DNA of 64,000 bases, taken from contig JAVCCC010000018.1 in NCBI GenBank assembly GCA_030765785.1, positions 761-64,760 on the forward strand, read 5' to 3'. The translations under genes and the position numbers were made by a program. Positions 9,210-20,092 of the stretch are shown here, piece by piece. Position 1 is the stretch's first letter; every line of letters begins with the position of its first letter. This DNA is from Candidatus Aceula lacicola. Lineage in GTDB: Bacteria > Omnitrophota > Gorgyraeia > Zapsychrales > Aceulaceae. The notes beneath the pieces are model-generated. The model saw only the letters and a list, made by a program, of their open reading frames with translations, made no database searches and was not told the origin of the DNA.

Positions 9210-11066
9210 CTAGATATTGTTCTGACCCTTGATTCTTTGAAGGATATCAGCAACAAATAGTGAAGCGACACCCCTAATAATGGGATTGCCAGGATCGGCC
9301 TCAAACGCTTTTATGATTCGTTTGATTGCAGCTCCTTGATACCCAAGATCAAAGAGTACCGAGGCTTCGTAAATAAGATCAATATATCCGATATTTTCTT
9401 GAAAAGCGGATTTTTCTTTGTCTGGCGTTGCGACAATTTGATCTAAGGTTTCAAAATCGTCTAGAGATGCCCGTTCGCCTTTTAAGGCGTCCTCGAATTT
9501 TAGGGCTGCTTTCGGAAGATCAAAGTAGTTGCGTTTAACAAAAATGGCATCATCGCCATCAAGAAAAATGAACTGCCATGTGGGATCAGCGATTAGGAAA
9601 TTAGCAAAGTGAGCCTTGTACTCTCCGTTAATCTTTATTGCAACAATTTTAAAATTATATTTTTGCTCAGCAGATTTCCAGTTCTTCTCTGGGTCGCCTA
9701 AAATGAGTTGGTACAGCCTCCCTCTCTCTTGGCTAATTTGTCTCCCATCGTAAAAGGATTTAAGATCGGGATAGCTTGACCAGATAATATAATCTCCGAT
9801 ATCATCTGTATGAAAAATGGATCCGAAAATTTTATGTTGATTGAGAAAATCAATAGCTGTGTTGGGATTGCTGGGATATAACTCAGCGGTGAGCCAAGAC
9901 GTTTTTTGGTTGTTTTTGTAGTTTTTTCGATTGATGATAAGCAAAGATTGTCGTACAAAAATAAGAATAAGAACGAGGGCAATGGCGGTGTTGAGATATT
10001 TTGAGAATTTAAAGGTGTTCCATTTTTTACAGAATGAAGCATTTTTAAATGATTGCGCAATGACAAAAGTCGATCCGATAATAAAAAATCCGCTTCCTCT
10101 TATGGCATAAAAAAAGAAGAAAATTGAGAAAGTTAAAAGGATCGTTAGGAGAAAATCTTTTTTTTCGTTTGAAATTAAAGAGAGAACTGCCAGGAAAAGC
10201 AATCCGTAGAACCAAAATGCCGTTAGTGAAAATGCGTAGAATGGAGCTGATAGTTCGATAATGGTTGCATTTAAGCTGTAGAAACCAATAAATTGAGGGA
10301 ATAAAAAAACTTTCCACGGATACGTTAGGGCGTCAATTCCAGCAGGATTAACAATAAAAGAGATCCAGAATAAAATTAAAATATAAAAAAGATGTTTTGT
10401 TTGTGTTTTGATAGGTGATCGGTCGTTGTTTTTGCTTTGTAAAAAAGAATTAATCCATTCGATAATAGAAGCTCCTAGAAAGATTGAAATTAATAAGCTT
10501 CCATAGACGAAGCTTCCGAGATGCAGGTTTGACCAAATCGTTCCAGCAGGAAGAATCCAGAGTAGTTTTTTAAATGATGGATTTTTTCTGTAAGAAAATA
10601 GAATAATGAGAAAGATTTGAAGGAAAAGAAAGTTAAAAACAAACGGTCTTAGAATGCAGCGATTTGCAAACCCAAAAGCCATGAAAAAAATAATGATCAG
10701 CAACAGATAATACGGGATTTTTTTTCTAGCGTAGAAAAAGAAAATGCTGAGAATGAGAAAAAAGAAAAATGCCCGAAAGATTTTTAGTCCTAGAAACCCT
10801 CCCAAAAGATAGACGTCATAATAGATGGACGAGCCAAGCCACTGAGCGATCGGCTGAGTAAATAAGAGATTTTCGTCTTCAGAGTACGGAACTGGATCAG
10901 TGTAAGGAATCGCCTGGTTTTCTTTTATCCACTCTCCAGTTTTAAGGTGCCACCAAATATCGCCTACTTCAACAGGTCTGAAAAAGAATAAGAGAATAAA
11001 AATAATAAGCGTTAGCAAAGATATGAGTTTTAAAGCTTGTTCTGCTGAGTTTTTGTTATTAATCAT
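9210..11066 (-). CDS. Polytopic membrane protein, putative GT-C type glycosyltransferase with C-terminal TPR-like domain (TMTC/PMT_2-like)
   Basis: 618 aa, >=10 TM helices, extracytoplasmic loop with [12 protein letters not shown] motif, soluble C-terminal ~200 aa with TPR-like helices; family assignment by resemblance only. Confidence 0.4.
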   Translation of the reverse strand: MINNKNSAEQALKLISLLTLIIFILLFFFRPVEVGDIWWHLKTGEWIKENQAIPYTDPVPYSEDENLLFTQPIAQWLGSSIYYDVYLLGGFLGLKIFRAFFFFLILSIFFFYARKKIPYYLLLIIIFFMAFGFANRCILRPFVFNFLFLQIFLIILFSYRKNPSFKKLLWILPAGTIWSNLHLGSFVYGSLLISIFLGASIIEWINSFLQSKNNDRSPIKTQTKHLFYILILFWISFIVNPAGIDALTYPWKVFLFPQFIGFYSLNATIIELSAPFYAFSLTAFWFYGLLFLAVLSLISNEKKDFLLTILLTFSIFFFFYAIRGSGFFIIGSTFVIAQSFKNASFCKKWNTFKFSKYLNTAIALVLILIFVRQSLLIINRKNYKNNQKTSWLTAELYPSNPNTAIDFLNQHKIFGSIFHTDDIGDYIIWSSYPDLKSFYDGRQISQERGRLYQLILGDPEKNWKSAEQKYNFKIVAIKINGEYKAHFANFLIADPTWQFIFLDGDDAIFVKRNYFDLPKAALKFEDALKGERASLDDFETLDQIVATPDKEKSAFQENIGYIDLIYEASVLFDLGYQGAAIKRIIKAFEADPGNPIIRGVASLFVADILQRIKGQNNI

Positions 11067-13866
11067 GATGTTTTTTGAGATATTGTTTTAAATATTGCCC
11101 CGTATATGATTTTTTGCACTTGATGATTTCTTCAGGAGATCCAGCGAAAATAACTTCGCCCCCTTTGTCTCCTCCTTCAGGTCCGAGATCGATGATATGA
11201 TCAGCGCACTTAACAACCTCGAGATTATGTTCAATAACTAAAACGGTGTTTCCTTTGTCAGCAAGTCTTTGCAGGACCTGAAGAAGTTTGTCGATATCTG
11301 CAAAATGAAGACCTGTGGTGGGCTCGTCTAGAATATACAATGTTTTTCCGGTTGCATATTTGCATAGTTCACTTGCCAGCTTTACACGTTGCGCCTCTCC
11401 TCCAGAAAGAGTTGTTGCAGGCTGCCCTAGCTTGATATAACCAAGGCCAACGTCATCCAATGTTTGAAGGATTTTTGTAACTCGAGGAATATTTTTAAAT
11501 AGTTCAAGAGCTTCTTCGACTGACATGTTCAGGATGTCCGAAATATTTTTTCCTTTATAATGAACTTCTAATGTTTGCTGCGTAAAGCGTTTTCCATGAC
11601 ACACCTCGCATTCTACGTAAACATCGGGAAGAAAATGCATTTCAATTTTTTTGATTCCGTCTCCAGAGCACGCTTCACACCGACCCCCTTTGACATTAAA
11701 GCTAAATCGACCTGGTTTGTAACCGCGCAATTTTGCCTCTGGCATTTGACTCAAAAGTAGGCGGATATCACCAAAGACGTCTGTATATGTTGCAGGATTT
11801 GATCGAGGCGTTCGTCCAATCGGAGATTGGTCAACAACAATAACTTTATCAATATTCTCAATGCCTTTTATTTTTTTGTGAGCTCCAGGTTTTTCCTTAG
11901 CATGGTAAATATGCTGAGCCAAGGCATTATAAAGGACGTCGGAAACAAGAGTTGACTTTCCTGACCCAGAAACGCCTGTTACGCAAATAAATGTTCCTAG
12001 AGGAAAGGCAATGTTGATTTTCTTAAGGTTGTGTTCTGCCGCTTGAATAATTTCAATTTGATGTGATTTTTTGGCTGAGCGTCGTTTTTTTGGAACGCTA
12101 ATACTTAGCTTCCCATTTAAATATTTTCCAGTAAGTGATTTCTTGGAACGGAGCATACCCTTAATGTCTCCGGCATAAACGATTTCTCCTCCATGTGTTC
12201 CTGCTCCAGGCCCAAGATCAATGATATAATCGGCAGATCGAATGGTGTCCTCATCGTGTTCAACAACAATTAAAGTATTTCCAATGTCGCGTAGCGATTG
12301 GAGCGTTTTTAAAAGCATGGCATTATCTTTTTGATGGAGACCAATGCTTGGTTCATCGAGGATATAGATAACTCCAACGAGGCCCGAGCCGACTTGTGTT
12401 GCCAGGCGAATGCGTTCGGCTTCACCTCCAGATAGAGTTGCGCTTTTTCGGTCAAGCGTAAGATAACCAAGACCGACGTTGATACAAAAATCGAGACGTC
12501 GGTTGATTTCTTTTAGAATTTGTTCACTGATGATTGTTTTCGTTTTCGATAATTTAAGATTGTGAAAAAAGGTTTTTGCTTGAATAATGGATAAACGAGT
12601 GACTTCAGAAATATTCTTTCTAGAAAAGTGAATGGCTAAAGATTCTTTTTTTAGTCGATTCCCCGAACATTCCACGCATGGCGAAATAGACATGAAGTCT
12701 GAGATTTCACTTTTAAGCCAATCGCTATCACTGTCACGAAAAAGTCTTTCAAGATAAGCAATAACCCCTTCGAACTGTCGATCCCAAATTTCATCATTAG
12801 ATCCATGCAGAACAATATTTTTCATTTTTTTTGTTAAATTTTTAAAAGGTGCTTGCGGGTCGATATTGTAGACACTAGCAATTTCTCGCAAAACAGCGCG
12901 GTAATACATCATGTAGCTGCGACGTCCTTTTCGCCAAGGAGCAACGGCATTGATCCACGGTTTTTCGAAATCAGGGACGAGAAGCTCAGGATCGATTTCC
13001 ATTTTTGTTCCGAGCCCATTGCATTTTGGGCACGCCCCGTAAGGAGAATTAAATGAAAAGATGCGCGGTTCGATTTCGGATAAATTTATTCCGCAGTCAA
13101 TGCAGGCATAGCGTTCGCTAAATGTTTTATCTTCTTTTTTTTCATTTGAAATAAGGACAAGCCCTTCTCCAATTTTTAGTGCGGTTTCAAGCGAGTCGAC
13201 TAAGCGTTTTTTGATGCCAGGTTTAATTTTTATTCGGTCAACGACGATTTCGATATGGTGGATTTTAAATTTATCCAGCTTGACTTTAGATTCCGTATCG
13301 TAGATTGTTCCGTCGACGCGCAAGCGTGCAAATCCAGCTTTTGCGACCTGCGTTTGAATATTGCGATATTCCCCTTTTCTCCCTCTGATAATCGGTGCAA
13401 GGATGCTAATTTGCTCTGAAGGTTTCATGGAAAGAATTTGATGTGCAATTTCTTCAACTGTCTGGCGTTCAATTTTTTTTCCGCAAACATGACAGTAAGG
13501 GGTGCCAGCGCGAGCAAACAACAGTCTCAGGTAATCATAAATTTCTGTTTGCGTGGCAACAGTTGAGCGGGGATTTCGGCTGGTTGTTTTTTGTTCGATT
13601 GAAATCGTTGGAGACAATCCTTCGATATGCTCAACGTTGGGTTTTTGAAGTTGTTCTAGAAATTGACGCGCGTAGGCTGATAAACTTTCGACATAGCGTC
13701 GCTGGCCTTCTGCATAGATGGTGTCGAATGCCAAAGATGATTTTCCAGAACCACTTAAACCTGTTACGACAACAAATTTATTACGTGGAATTTTTAGACT
13801 GATATTCTTTAAGTTGTGCTCTTTTGCACCGTCAATGCGAATGTAATTATTTCTTTGTGAAGTCAT
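11059..13866 (-). CDS. uvrA: Excinuclease ABC subunit A (UvrA)
   Basis: 935 aa; two ABC ATPase modules ([20 protein letters not shown]), zinc-finger Cys clusters, LSGGEAQR signature. Confidence 0.95.
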   Translation of the reverse strand: MTSQRNNYIRIDGAKEHNLKNISLKIPRNKFVVVTGLSGSGKSSLAFDTIYAEGQRRYVESLSAYARQFLEQLQKPNVEHIEGLSPTISIEQKTTSRNPRSTVATQTEIYDYLRLLFARAGTPYCHVCGKKIERQTVEEIAHQILSMKPSEQISILAPIIRGRKGEYRNIQTQVAKAGFARLRVDGTIYDTESKVKLDKFKIHHIEIVVDRIKIKPGIKKRLVDSLETALKIGEGLVLISNEKKEDKTFSERYACIDCGINLSEIEPRIFSFNSPYGACPKCNGLGTKMEIDPELLVPDFEKPWINAVAPWRKGRRSYMMYYRAVLREIASVYNIDPQAPFKNLTKKMKNIVLHGSNDEIWDRQFEGVIAYLERLFRDSDSDWLKSEISDFMSISPCVECSGNRLKKESLAIHFSRKNISEVTRLSIIQAKTFFHNLKLSKTKTIISEQILKEINRRLDFCINVGLGYLTLDRKSATLSGGEAERIRLATQVGSGLVGVIYILDEPSIGLHQKDNAMLLKTLQSLRDIGNTLIVVEHDEDTIRSADYIIDLGPGAGTHGGEIVYAGDIKGMLRSKKSLTGKYLNGKLSISVPKKRRSAKKSHQIEIIQAAEHNLKKINIAFPLGTFICVTGVSGSGKSTLVSDVLYNALAQHIYHAKEKPGAHKKIKGIENIDKVIVVDQSPIGRTPRSNPATYTDVFGDIRLLLSQMPEAKLRGYKPGRFSFNVKGGRCEACSGDGIKKIEMHFLPDVYVECEVCHGKRFTQQTLEVHYKGKNISDILNMSVEEALELFKNIPRVTKILQTLDDVGLGYIKLGQPATTLSGGEAQRVKLASELCKYATGKTLYILDEPTTGLHFADIDKLLQVLQRLADKGNTVLVIEHNLEVVKCADHIIDLGPEGGDKGGEVIFAGSPEEIIKCKKSYTGQYLKQYLKKHHD

Positions 13867-13887
13867 GTTTTTTTGAATTGATTTAAA

Positions 13888-13921
13888 ATAGCCCTTACAA
13901 AAAATTGTAAGGGCTATTTTA
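13888..13921 (-). terminator. Rho-independent terminator downstream of histone-like gene / just upstream of uvrA
   Basis: Perfect 11-bp stem ATAGCCCTTAC-loop-GTAAGGGCTAT with U-rich tail on the minus-strand transcript. Confidence 0.55.
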
Positions 13922-13934
13922 AGTTAGGATAGAA

Positions 13935-14330
13935 CTATTTCTTTTTTGCTTTTTTAGCTACCTTCTTTTTAGCTGTCTTCTTAACTACTTTTTTCTTTGC
14001 AGCCTTCTTTTTGACAACCTTCTTTTTGGCAACCTTCTTTTTAGCAACTTTCTTTTTAGCGACTTTCTTTTTAGCGACTTTCTTTGCTACCTTCTTTTTC
14101 TTCTTTTTGCCGCCTCGTACCATTTTAGCGCAGGATACGTCTCCTTGTTTATCTACGAAATAGAGATATCCTTTTTCTTTTGTGACGCCAACTTTAGCAA
14201 CCTTTTTTGGCTTACCGCCCTTTTTGTTGCCTCGTGCCATCAAAGCGCAGGATACGTCTCCACTCTTATCGATAAAATAGAGATATCCTTTCTCTCTTTT
14301 GATACCGACTTTTGCTACTTTCTTAGCCAT
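13935..14330 (-). CDS. Histone H1-like lysine-rich DNA-binding protein with tandem-duplicated N-terminal small domain
   Basis: 131 aa; two copies of ~40-aa unit (VAKVGxxxEKGYLYFxDKxGDVSCAxMxRG) then (KKVAKKKVA)n tail; strong SD (AAGGAGG) upstream. Confidence 0.6.
   Translation of the reverse strand: MAKKVAKVGIKREKGYLYFIDKSGDVSCALMARGNKKGGKPKKVAKVGVTKEKGYLYFVDKQGDVSCAKMVRGGKKKKKKVAKKVAKKKVAKKKVAKKKVAKKKVVKKKAAKKKVVKKTAKKKVAKKAKKK
14008..14100 (-). repeat. 15-bp coding tandem repeat (~7 copies, unit CTTTCTTTTTAGCRA on + strand) encoding (KKVAK)n tail
   Basis: Direct visual periodicity; units differ by single substitutions. Confidence 0.8.
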
Positions 14331-14346
14331 TTTTTTTCACCTCCTT

Positions 14347-15177
14347 TCAAGTGCCTATTTTGATAGGGTTAAAAAATTGTTTTAATGTTTGCATTGCTGA
14401 TAAAACAGCTAAATAGCTTGTTTTTGGGTTGTCCGGACAGACGACGTTTTCTGTGCGCGTTGCTAGACGTCCAAATTTTCCAAAAACTTCAATTTCGTGT
14501 GAATTCACTTTAAAATTTGGTGAAGTGATAATGCGAATGCGAATGCGGTCTTTGGCTCCTGATCCGAGAGCAATAGTTGCGGCCACATTAATGTTGCGAG
14601 GGAAAAGTTTTACAGCTTGATCGACAGTCCCGTCAAAGATAACAGTTTCTGTTTTAATGCAATTTATATCAATCCCTTTTTTTGTTAAATATGAAGATTG
14701 GCTTAATCCAGATGGAGGCTTGCGTGTTGTGAGTGTGATATTCGAGATGTTCTCAGCGCCAACAGATTTAATGACATCAATGCCGCTTATTGCGCCAGAT
14801 GGAATAAGAATATCGGTGTTATTTTTAGCGGCGAGCCGAAAGACGTCGTACGCGTTTAATACTTTGCCTGTACTCATAATAAGAATACTTTTTTTGGCAC
14901 GCACAACCTGACGAATAATTTTTGTAGTATCCGTTGAGGCAATGGCCTCAACAATAAAGTCGCAGGATTTGATTATCTGGGATAAAGATTTTTTGATAAG
15001 AGTTTTTTTGAGCTTTAGATTTGATGTAAGAGCAAGAGTTTTTTCTGGGAAAACGTCATAAAGACCGGAAATAGTGCAGTATGGTTTTAAATCTTGTTTA
15101 ACGCTTTTTGCTAAACGTGACCCAATGGCACCGCAGCCGATGAATCCAATTTTAAGTTTTTGTTTTTTTGACTTCAT
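14347..15177 (-). CDS. Aspartate dehydrogenase-like NAD(P)-binding protein (NadX/DUF108 family)
   Basis: 276 aa; N-terminal Rossmann motif KIGFIGCGAIGSRLAK; size and layout consistent with NadX-type L-aspartate dehydrogenase. Confidence 0.5.
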   Translation of the reverse strand: MKSKKQKLKIGFIGCGAIGSRLAKSVKQDLKPYCTISGLYDVFPEKTLALTSNLKLKKTLIKKSLSQIIKSCDFIVEAIASTDTTKIIRQVVRAKKSILIMSTGKVLNAYDVFRLAAKNNTDILIPSGAISGIDVIKSVGAENISNITLTTRKPPSGLSQSSYLTKKGIDINCIKTETVIFDGTVDQAVKLFPRNINVAATIALGSGAKDRIRIRIITSPNFKVNSHEIEVFGKFGRLATRTENVVCPDNPKTSYLAVLSAMQTLKQFFNPIKIGT

Positions 15178-16019
15178 GCGTCAATGATAATGTTATCAAT
15201 CAATCGGGTTTTTCCGATAAATATTGCGAGAGCAATTAATGTTTTTTTATAAATCATTTTTGTTGGCTTTAATGTTTTTGCATCGACACAAGCGACATAA
15301 TCAATTTTAGCACCAGGGTTTTTTAACACAACCTTTTTTACTTTCTCAATAATTTTTGTTGAACGTCTTTCCCCTGAGCGAATTATTTTTTTTGCAACTA
15401 TTAAGCTTTGATAAAGACAAGCAGCTTGTTTGCGTTCTTGAGAGTTTAGATAGCTGTTGCGAGAACTCATCGCAAGCCCGTCCTTCTCTCGGACAATCGG
15501 AAGCGTCCTCACCGTAAGATTCCAATTTAAATCTTCAACCATGCGCTTAACGACAATGGCTTGCTGCGCATCTTTTTGTCCGAGATAAATGGCGTTAGGG
15601 GTAACGCCATTTATCAGCTTTGCCACAATCGTTGCGACTCCCTGAAAATGACCTGGTCGAGATTTTCCGCAAAGAACATTTGCTGTTTTACCGATGTTTA
15701 TATATGTCAAATAACCCATCGGATACATTTTTTTTATCGACGGATAAAATATTATATCAACTTTTTCTTTTTTTGCCAATACTTCATCTTGTTTTTTATC
15801 TCGAGGGTATTTTTTAAAATCTTCCTTTGGTCCGAATTGAGCGGGATTCACAAAGATGCTAAGAATTGTGATGTCGTTTTCTTTTTTACTTCTTCGAATG
15901 AGTGACAGGTGTCCTTCGTGTAGGTATCCCATCGTCGGGACAAAGCCAATTGTTTTTTTGTTTTGTTTTGCCTTTAGAGAAAACAGCTGCATTTGTTTAA
16001 TTGTTTTTATAACTTTCAT
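15174..16019 (-). CDS. panC: Pantoate--beta-alanine ligase
   Basis: 281 aa; GFVPTMGYLHEGHLSLIRRS HIGH-type motif of PanC. Confidence 0.9.
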   Translation of the reverse strand: MKVIKTIKQMQLFSLKAKQNKKTIGFVPTMGYLHEGHLSLIRRSKKENDITILSIFVNPAQFGPKEDFKKYPRDKKQDEVLAKKEKVDIIFYPSIKKMYPMGYLTYINIGKTANVLCGKSRPGHFQGVATIVAKLINGVTPNAIYLGQKDAQQAIVVKRMVEDLNWNLTVRTLPIVREKDGLAMSSRNSYLNSQERKQAACLYQSLIVAKKIIRSGERRSTKIIEKVKKVVLKNPGAKIDYVACVDAKTLKPTKMIYKKTLIALAIFIGKTRLIDNIIIDA

Positions 16020-16462
16020 TGAGTGACCCCAGATATTCTTTTAGCAATTTCAGGATAGATTTCTTCTAAAGGAGCCATGACGAAATGACGCGTAAACATC
16101 TCTGCGTGCGGAATGGTGAGATTTTTAGTTTGAAGATTGATATTATCATAAAGAAGAATATCGATATCAATGATACGTGGTCCATGATGAATCGCTTTAA
16201 TACGTCCTAAATTTTTTTCGATTTTTTTAATTGTTTTTAGTAATTCTTCAGGAGAAAATACGGTGGTTGCTTTAACGACAGCATTTAAGAATTTTTCTTG
16301 AGGTGGTCCTATAGGATCTGTCTCAATAATAGAGGAAGTTTTTTTAACACAGATGTCGTGTTTGCTTAGTTCGTCAATGGCGCGTTCTATGTTGTTTTGG
16401 CGATCGCCGATGTTTGATCCTAGACCAAGATAGATAACGCTCAACTTTAAAATACTCCGCAA
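16016..16462 (-). CDS. folK: 2-amino-4-hydroxy-6-hydroxymethyldihydropteridine pyrophosphokinase (HPPK)
   Basis: 148 aa; VIYLGLGSNIGDR ... HGPRIIDIDILLYD motifs. Confidence 0.85.
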   Translation of the reverse strand: MRSILKLSVIYLGLGSNIGDRQNNIERAIDELSKHDICVKKTSSIIETDPIGPPQEKFLNAVVKATTVFSPEELLKTIKKIEKNLGRIKAIHHGPRIIDIDILLYDNINLQTKNLTIPHAEMFTRHFVMAPLEEIYPEIAKRISGVTQ

Positions 16463-16473
16463 TAGTGATTGTA

Positions 16474-17625
16474 TTAAAGAATTTCTTTAAGTCGTTTTGC
16501 TGCTTCAACAAGACGTTCTTTGGAAACTGTCAACGCCATTCGGATATATCCTTCCCCACATTTTCCAAAACCAAGTCCTGGGGTGGCGACAATATTGGCT
16601 TGATCTAAAAAGGCTTTAGCCGCTTCCATTGAATTTTTAAATTTCTTTGGGATAGGTGCCCAAATATAAAATGTTGCTTTTGGAGCAGGCACATCCCAGC
16701 CAGCTTTTTTCAATGCTTTAATAAAAACATCCCTTCTTTCTTGGCAAAGTGTGCGCATATCCGAAGCTGCCTTGTCACCATTTTTTAACGCTTCAATACC
16801 GGCAACTTGAATAGCTTGAAAAACGCCAGAATCAATATTTGCTTTTACTTTGGCAATGGCTGAAATTAGCTTTGGATTTCCGCAAGCCCATCCAATACGC
16901 CAGCCTGTCATGAAGAATGTTTTAGACAAAGAATGGAATTCGATAACAACATCTTTAGCATCCTTCACTTCTAGAAGGCTTAGAGGTTTTTCGTTGTCAT
17001 AATAGACTTCAGAATATGCAAGATCAGAAATAAGAATAATTCCTTTTTCTTTTGCAAGAGCGATTAGATTTTTCAAATAGTCTTTTGTTACAACCGCAGC
17101 TGTCGGATTATTAGGATAATTTAAAAAGATAGCTTTTGCATTTTTTAAATTTTCAAGTTTTGGTAAAAACCCGTTTTCTTCGGAAAGCTCAATAGAGACA
17201 ACTTTTCCTCCGGCAAACATGACAGATGATCGATATGCAGGATAGCATGGATCTGGAATCAAAACTTTATCTCCTGGATTAATAATTCCAAGAGGTAAGT
17301 GCGTTAATCCTTCTTTTGATCCGATCAAGGGATAAATTTCTGTTGCTGGATCAAGGGTGATGCCAAATCGTTTTTTAGACCAATCGGCGATTGTTTGTCG
17401 AAGTTCAGGAAGGCCTGCGTCTAACGCATAATGATGATTTGCTCCGTCTTGAGCTGCTTTTGAGAGCGCATCGATGATAAACTGTGGTGTTGGTGAATCA
17501 GGATCTCCAATGCCGAGATCAATGATGTCTCTGCCTTCTGATTTTGCTTGACGTTTTGCTTTGTCAATTTCAGCAAAAAGATATGGTGGCAGTTGTTTTA
17601 AGCGATCTGAAAATTCAATGTTCAT
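16474..17625 (-). CDS. dapL: LL-diaminopimelate aminotransferase (class I aminotransferase)
   Basis: 383 aa; N-terminal RLKQLPPYLFAEIDKAK...IDLGIGDPDSPTP matches DapL signature; sits with dapB/dapA/dapF/lysA. Confidence 0.75.
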   Translation of the reverse strand: MNIEFSDRLKQLPPYLFAEIDKAKRQAKSEGRDIIDLGIGDPDSPTPQFIIDALSKAAQDGANHHYALDAGLPELRQTIADWSKKRFGITLDPATEIYPLIGSKEGLTHLPLGIINPGDKVLIPDPCYPAYRSSVMFAGGKVVSIELSEENGFLPKLENLKNAKAIFLNYPNNPTAAVVTKDYLKNLIALAKEKGIILISDLAYSEVYYDNEKPLSLLEVKDAKDVVIEFHSLSKTFFMTGWRIGWACGNPKLISAIAKVKANIDSGVFQAIQVAGIEALKNGDKAASDMRTLCQERRDVFIKALKKAGWDVPAPKATFYIWAPIPKKFKNSMEAAKAFLDQANIVATPGLGFGKCGEGYIRMALTVSKERLVEAAKRLKEIL

Positions 17626-17644
17626 AACTTCTAATACCTTTCTT

Positions 17645-18364
17645 CTATTTGATTCCTAAAACATCATGCATGTTAAACAGGCCTGTTTTGTGATTCATAA
17701 TAAATTTTGCAGCAACGAGCGAACCTTGAACAAAGATGTCTCGTGTTTTGGCATGATGACTAATGGTGATAACATCCACATCGCTTTCAAAAATAACATC
17801 GTGATCGCCAACAATTTCTCCTTCTCGGACAGAATTGAAATCGTCAACTTTTTTTGCATTTGATTTTTCAACATATTGCGCAAGAGTTTTGGCTGTTCCT
17901 GAAGGCGCGTCTTTTTTGTGGATATGGTGCGCCTCTGTGATTCGAACTTTATATTCACTCCCTGTTCTGCTGGAAAGCTCTTCAGCCATCTTAAAAACGA
18001 TATTAACGCCGACAGACATATTGGATGAAAAGACAATAGCTGTTTTTGACGCTGCGTTCTCAATAGTTTTAATTCCGCTTTCAGAAAGGCCAGTTGTCCC
18101 GATGACCATTTTTATGTTGTTTTCTGCACAGAATGAAACATTAGTCATGGTTGATTCCGGCAATGTAAAGTCGATCAATATATCGGCATTTTTTAAATCA
18201 TCGAGGTGCGAGGTGACATCAATTCCGTCAACCACCTTTCCAATATCAGGGTGGTCTTTTTTTTCAAGCAATGCTACGATATCAAAATCTTTATCTTCTT
18301 TTGCAAAACGATAAATGCTTTGGCCCATGCGACCAAGAGATCCTGTAATAGCTAAGCGAATCAT
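17645..18364 (-). CDS. dapB: 4-hydroxy-tetrahydrodipicolinate reductase
   Basis: 239 aa; MIRLAITGSLGRMGQ N-terminus, DapB fold. Confidence 0.85.
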   Translation of the reverse strand: MIRLAITGSLGRMGQSIYRFAKEDKDFDIVALLEKKDHPDIGKVVDGIDVTSHLDDLKNADILIDFTLPESTMTNVSFCAENNIKMVIGTTGLSESGIKTIENAASKTAIVFSSNMSVGVNIVFKMAEELSSRTGSEYKVRITEAHHIHKKDAPSGTAKTLAQYVEKSNAKKVDDFNSVREGEIVGDHDVIFESDVDVITISHHAKTRDIFVQGSLVAAKFIMNHKTGLFNMHDVLGIK

Positions 18365-18377
18365 AGAAACTCCTCTT

Positions 18378-19256
18378 TTATTTTAATAAACCATAATTTC
18401 TTAGAGCTGTTTTTAGTTTATCAACATTTTCTGCTGTCATTGGCGATAAAGGCAGGCGCAGTTCATCAGAACACATGCCTAAAATACCCATTGCTGTTTT
18501 AATCGGCGCAGGATTTGTTTCAATAAACATAGCTTTGATAAGTGGCAATAATTTATAATGAATGTCTTGCGCTGTTTTAAGGTCTCCCTTTTCCATCGCA
18601 GCACAAAGGTTTGCCGTTTCTTTAGGTAAAATATTGGCAATAACAGAAATGACGCCAATTCCTCCGACAGCCATTGTTGGAAGCGTTAATGCATCATCCC
18701 CTGAAAAGATTAAGAAATCTTTTGGACAAAGCAATCGAATCGCGCTTGTTTGATCAAGGGATCCTGATGCTTCCTTAACGCCGATAATATTTTTACAGTC
18801 TTTGGCAAGTCGTGCAATTGTTGTAGGTTCAATGTTGCGTGCTGTGCGCCCTTCAATGTTGTAAAGAATAATTGGAATCTTAACACTTTCGGCAACGGCT
18901 TTAAAATGTTGATAAAGGCCTTCTTGCATGGGTTTATTGTAGTATGGAGTAACTTGTAAAGAGGCATCAGCGCCAGCTTCGGCAGCATGTTTTGTTAGCT
19001 CGATAGCTTCAGCTGTTGAGTTAGACCCTGTTCCGGCTAGAATCGGAATTCTTTTATTAGAGGCTTCGATGCAAACTTCGATAACGCGTTCATGTTCTTT
19101 TGGTGTTAGCGTTGGAGATTCTCCCGTTGTGCCACATGGTAAAATAGCGCTTGTTCCGTTTTTAATATGGAACTCCACGAGCTCTCCTAGTTTTTTTTCA
19201 TCGACTTGCTCATTTTTAAAAGGTGTGACGATAGCAACCATAGATCCTTTAAGCAT
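18378..19256 (-). CDS. dapA: 4-hydroxy-tetrahydrodipicolinate synthase
   Basis: 292 aa; TIM-barrel DHDPS family (GTTGESPTL, active-site Lys region). Confidence 0.9.
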   Translation of the reverse strand: MLKGSMVAIVTPFKNEQVDEKKLGELVEFHIKNGTSAILPCGTTGESPTLTPKEHERVIEVCIEASNKRIPILAGTGSNSTAEAIELTKHAAEAGADASLQVTPYYNKPMQEGLYQHFKAVAESVKIPIILYNIEGRTARNIEPTTIARLAKDCKNIIGVKEASGSLDQTSAIRLLCPKDFLIFSGDDALTLPTMAVGGIGVISVIANILPKETANLCAAMEKGDLKTAQDIHYKLLPLIKAMFIETNPAPIKTAMGILGMCSDELRLPLSPMTAENVDKLKTALRNYGLLK

Positions 19257-19267
19257 TTTTTCCTCCG

Positions 19268-20092
19268 TTAGTTGATATAAAAATTTCCTTCAGCAATAAA
19301 ATTTGCACTTCCGGTCAACCAAACATTTGTTATTTGGTCTTCGTTCAAATCAAAGCAAATTGAAAGCACTTCCCCGCTTTTTGTCTTAACTTTTATCGAG
19401 GCATTCTTCCTTGAATCAAGTTTCGGGTTTGCCTTTAGGAGCGAAACAATCGCACTGGCAACGCTTCCTGTTCCGCAGGCGCGTGTTTCTGCCTCGACTC
19501 CGCGTTCGTATGTGCGAACAGCAATTAGACTGTTGCTTATTTGCTCAACAAAATTAACATTTGTCCCGCGTGGTTGAAACTTCTCAGAAAAACGAATTTT
19601 TTGGCCCAATGTGTTAACGTCAATCCCAGCAAGGCCGTCCACAAAACAAACGACATGCGGAACGCCTGTATCAATATAGCTTAAGCGAATAGATCTATTG
19701 TTAACTAAAACGGAAATGTCTTCAGTGTAATCTTTTGGGTCACTAAGTCGGACACTGATAAGCTTTTCTTTCTTTTTAGCTAAAACAATGCCTGCTTTTG
19801 TTTCCATGCCAAATATTTTTTTTGTCGGTTTTTTTGTTTTTAAAATATATGCTGCCATACACCGGGCCCCATTGCCGCACATTTCAGCTTCTGAGCCATC
19901 GGGATTGATAATGCGCATTTTGTAATCTGTTTTTTTAGATTTATCTAGAACCACTAAGCCATCTGCACCAAGCCCATCTGTTCGATGGCATATTTTTTTA
20001 GCAAGACTTTTAGCATTGAGTTTAGCTGACGCGTTAACAATGATAAAATCATTGCCGGCACCACACATTTTTGTAAAAGAAACTTTTTTCAT
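19268..20092 (-). CDS. dapF: Diaminopimelate epimerase
   Basis: 274 aa; KMCGAGNDFIIV and second catalytic Cys (ACGTGS). Confidence 0.9.
   Translation of the reverse strand: MKKVSFTKMCGAGNDFIIVNASAKLNAKSLAKKICHRTDGLGADGLVVLDKSKKTDYKMRIINPDGSEAEMCGNGARCMAAYILKTKKPTKKIFGMETKAGIVLAKKKEKLISVRLSDPKDYTEDISVLVNNRSIRLSYIDTGVPHVVCFVDGLAGIDVNTLGQKIRFSEKFQPRGTNVNFVEQISNSLIAVRTYERGVEAETRACGTGSVASAIVSLLKANPKLDSRKNASIKVKTKSGEVLSICFDLNEDQITNVWLTGSANFIAEGNFYIN

Noticed and set aside
9698-10317. Two minus-strand ORFs (122 and 90 aa) inside the GT-C-like membrane protein gene
   Set aside because: Alternative frames of a long TM-rich gene with hydrophobic low-complexity translations.
14008-14100. Possible CRISPR-like short tandem repeats
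   Set aside because: 15-bp period with no spacers, inside a reading frame encoding KKVAK. A coding microsatellite, not a CRISPR array.
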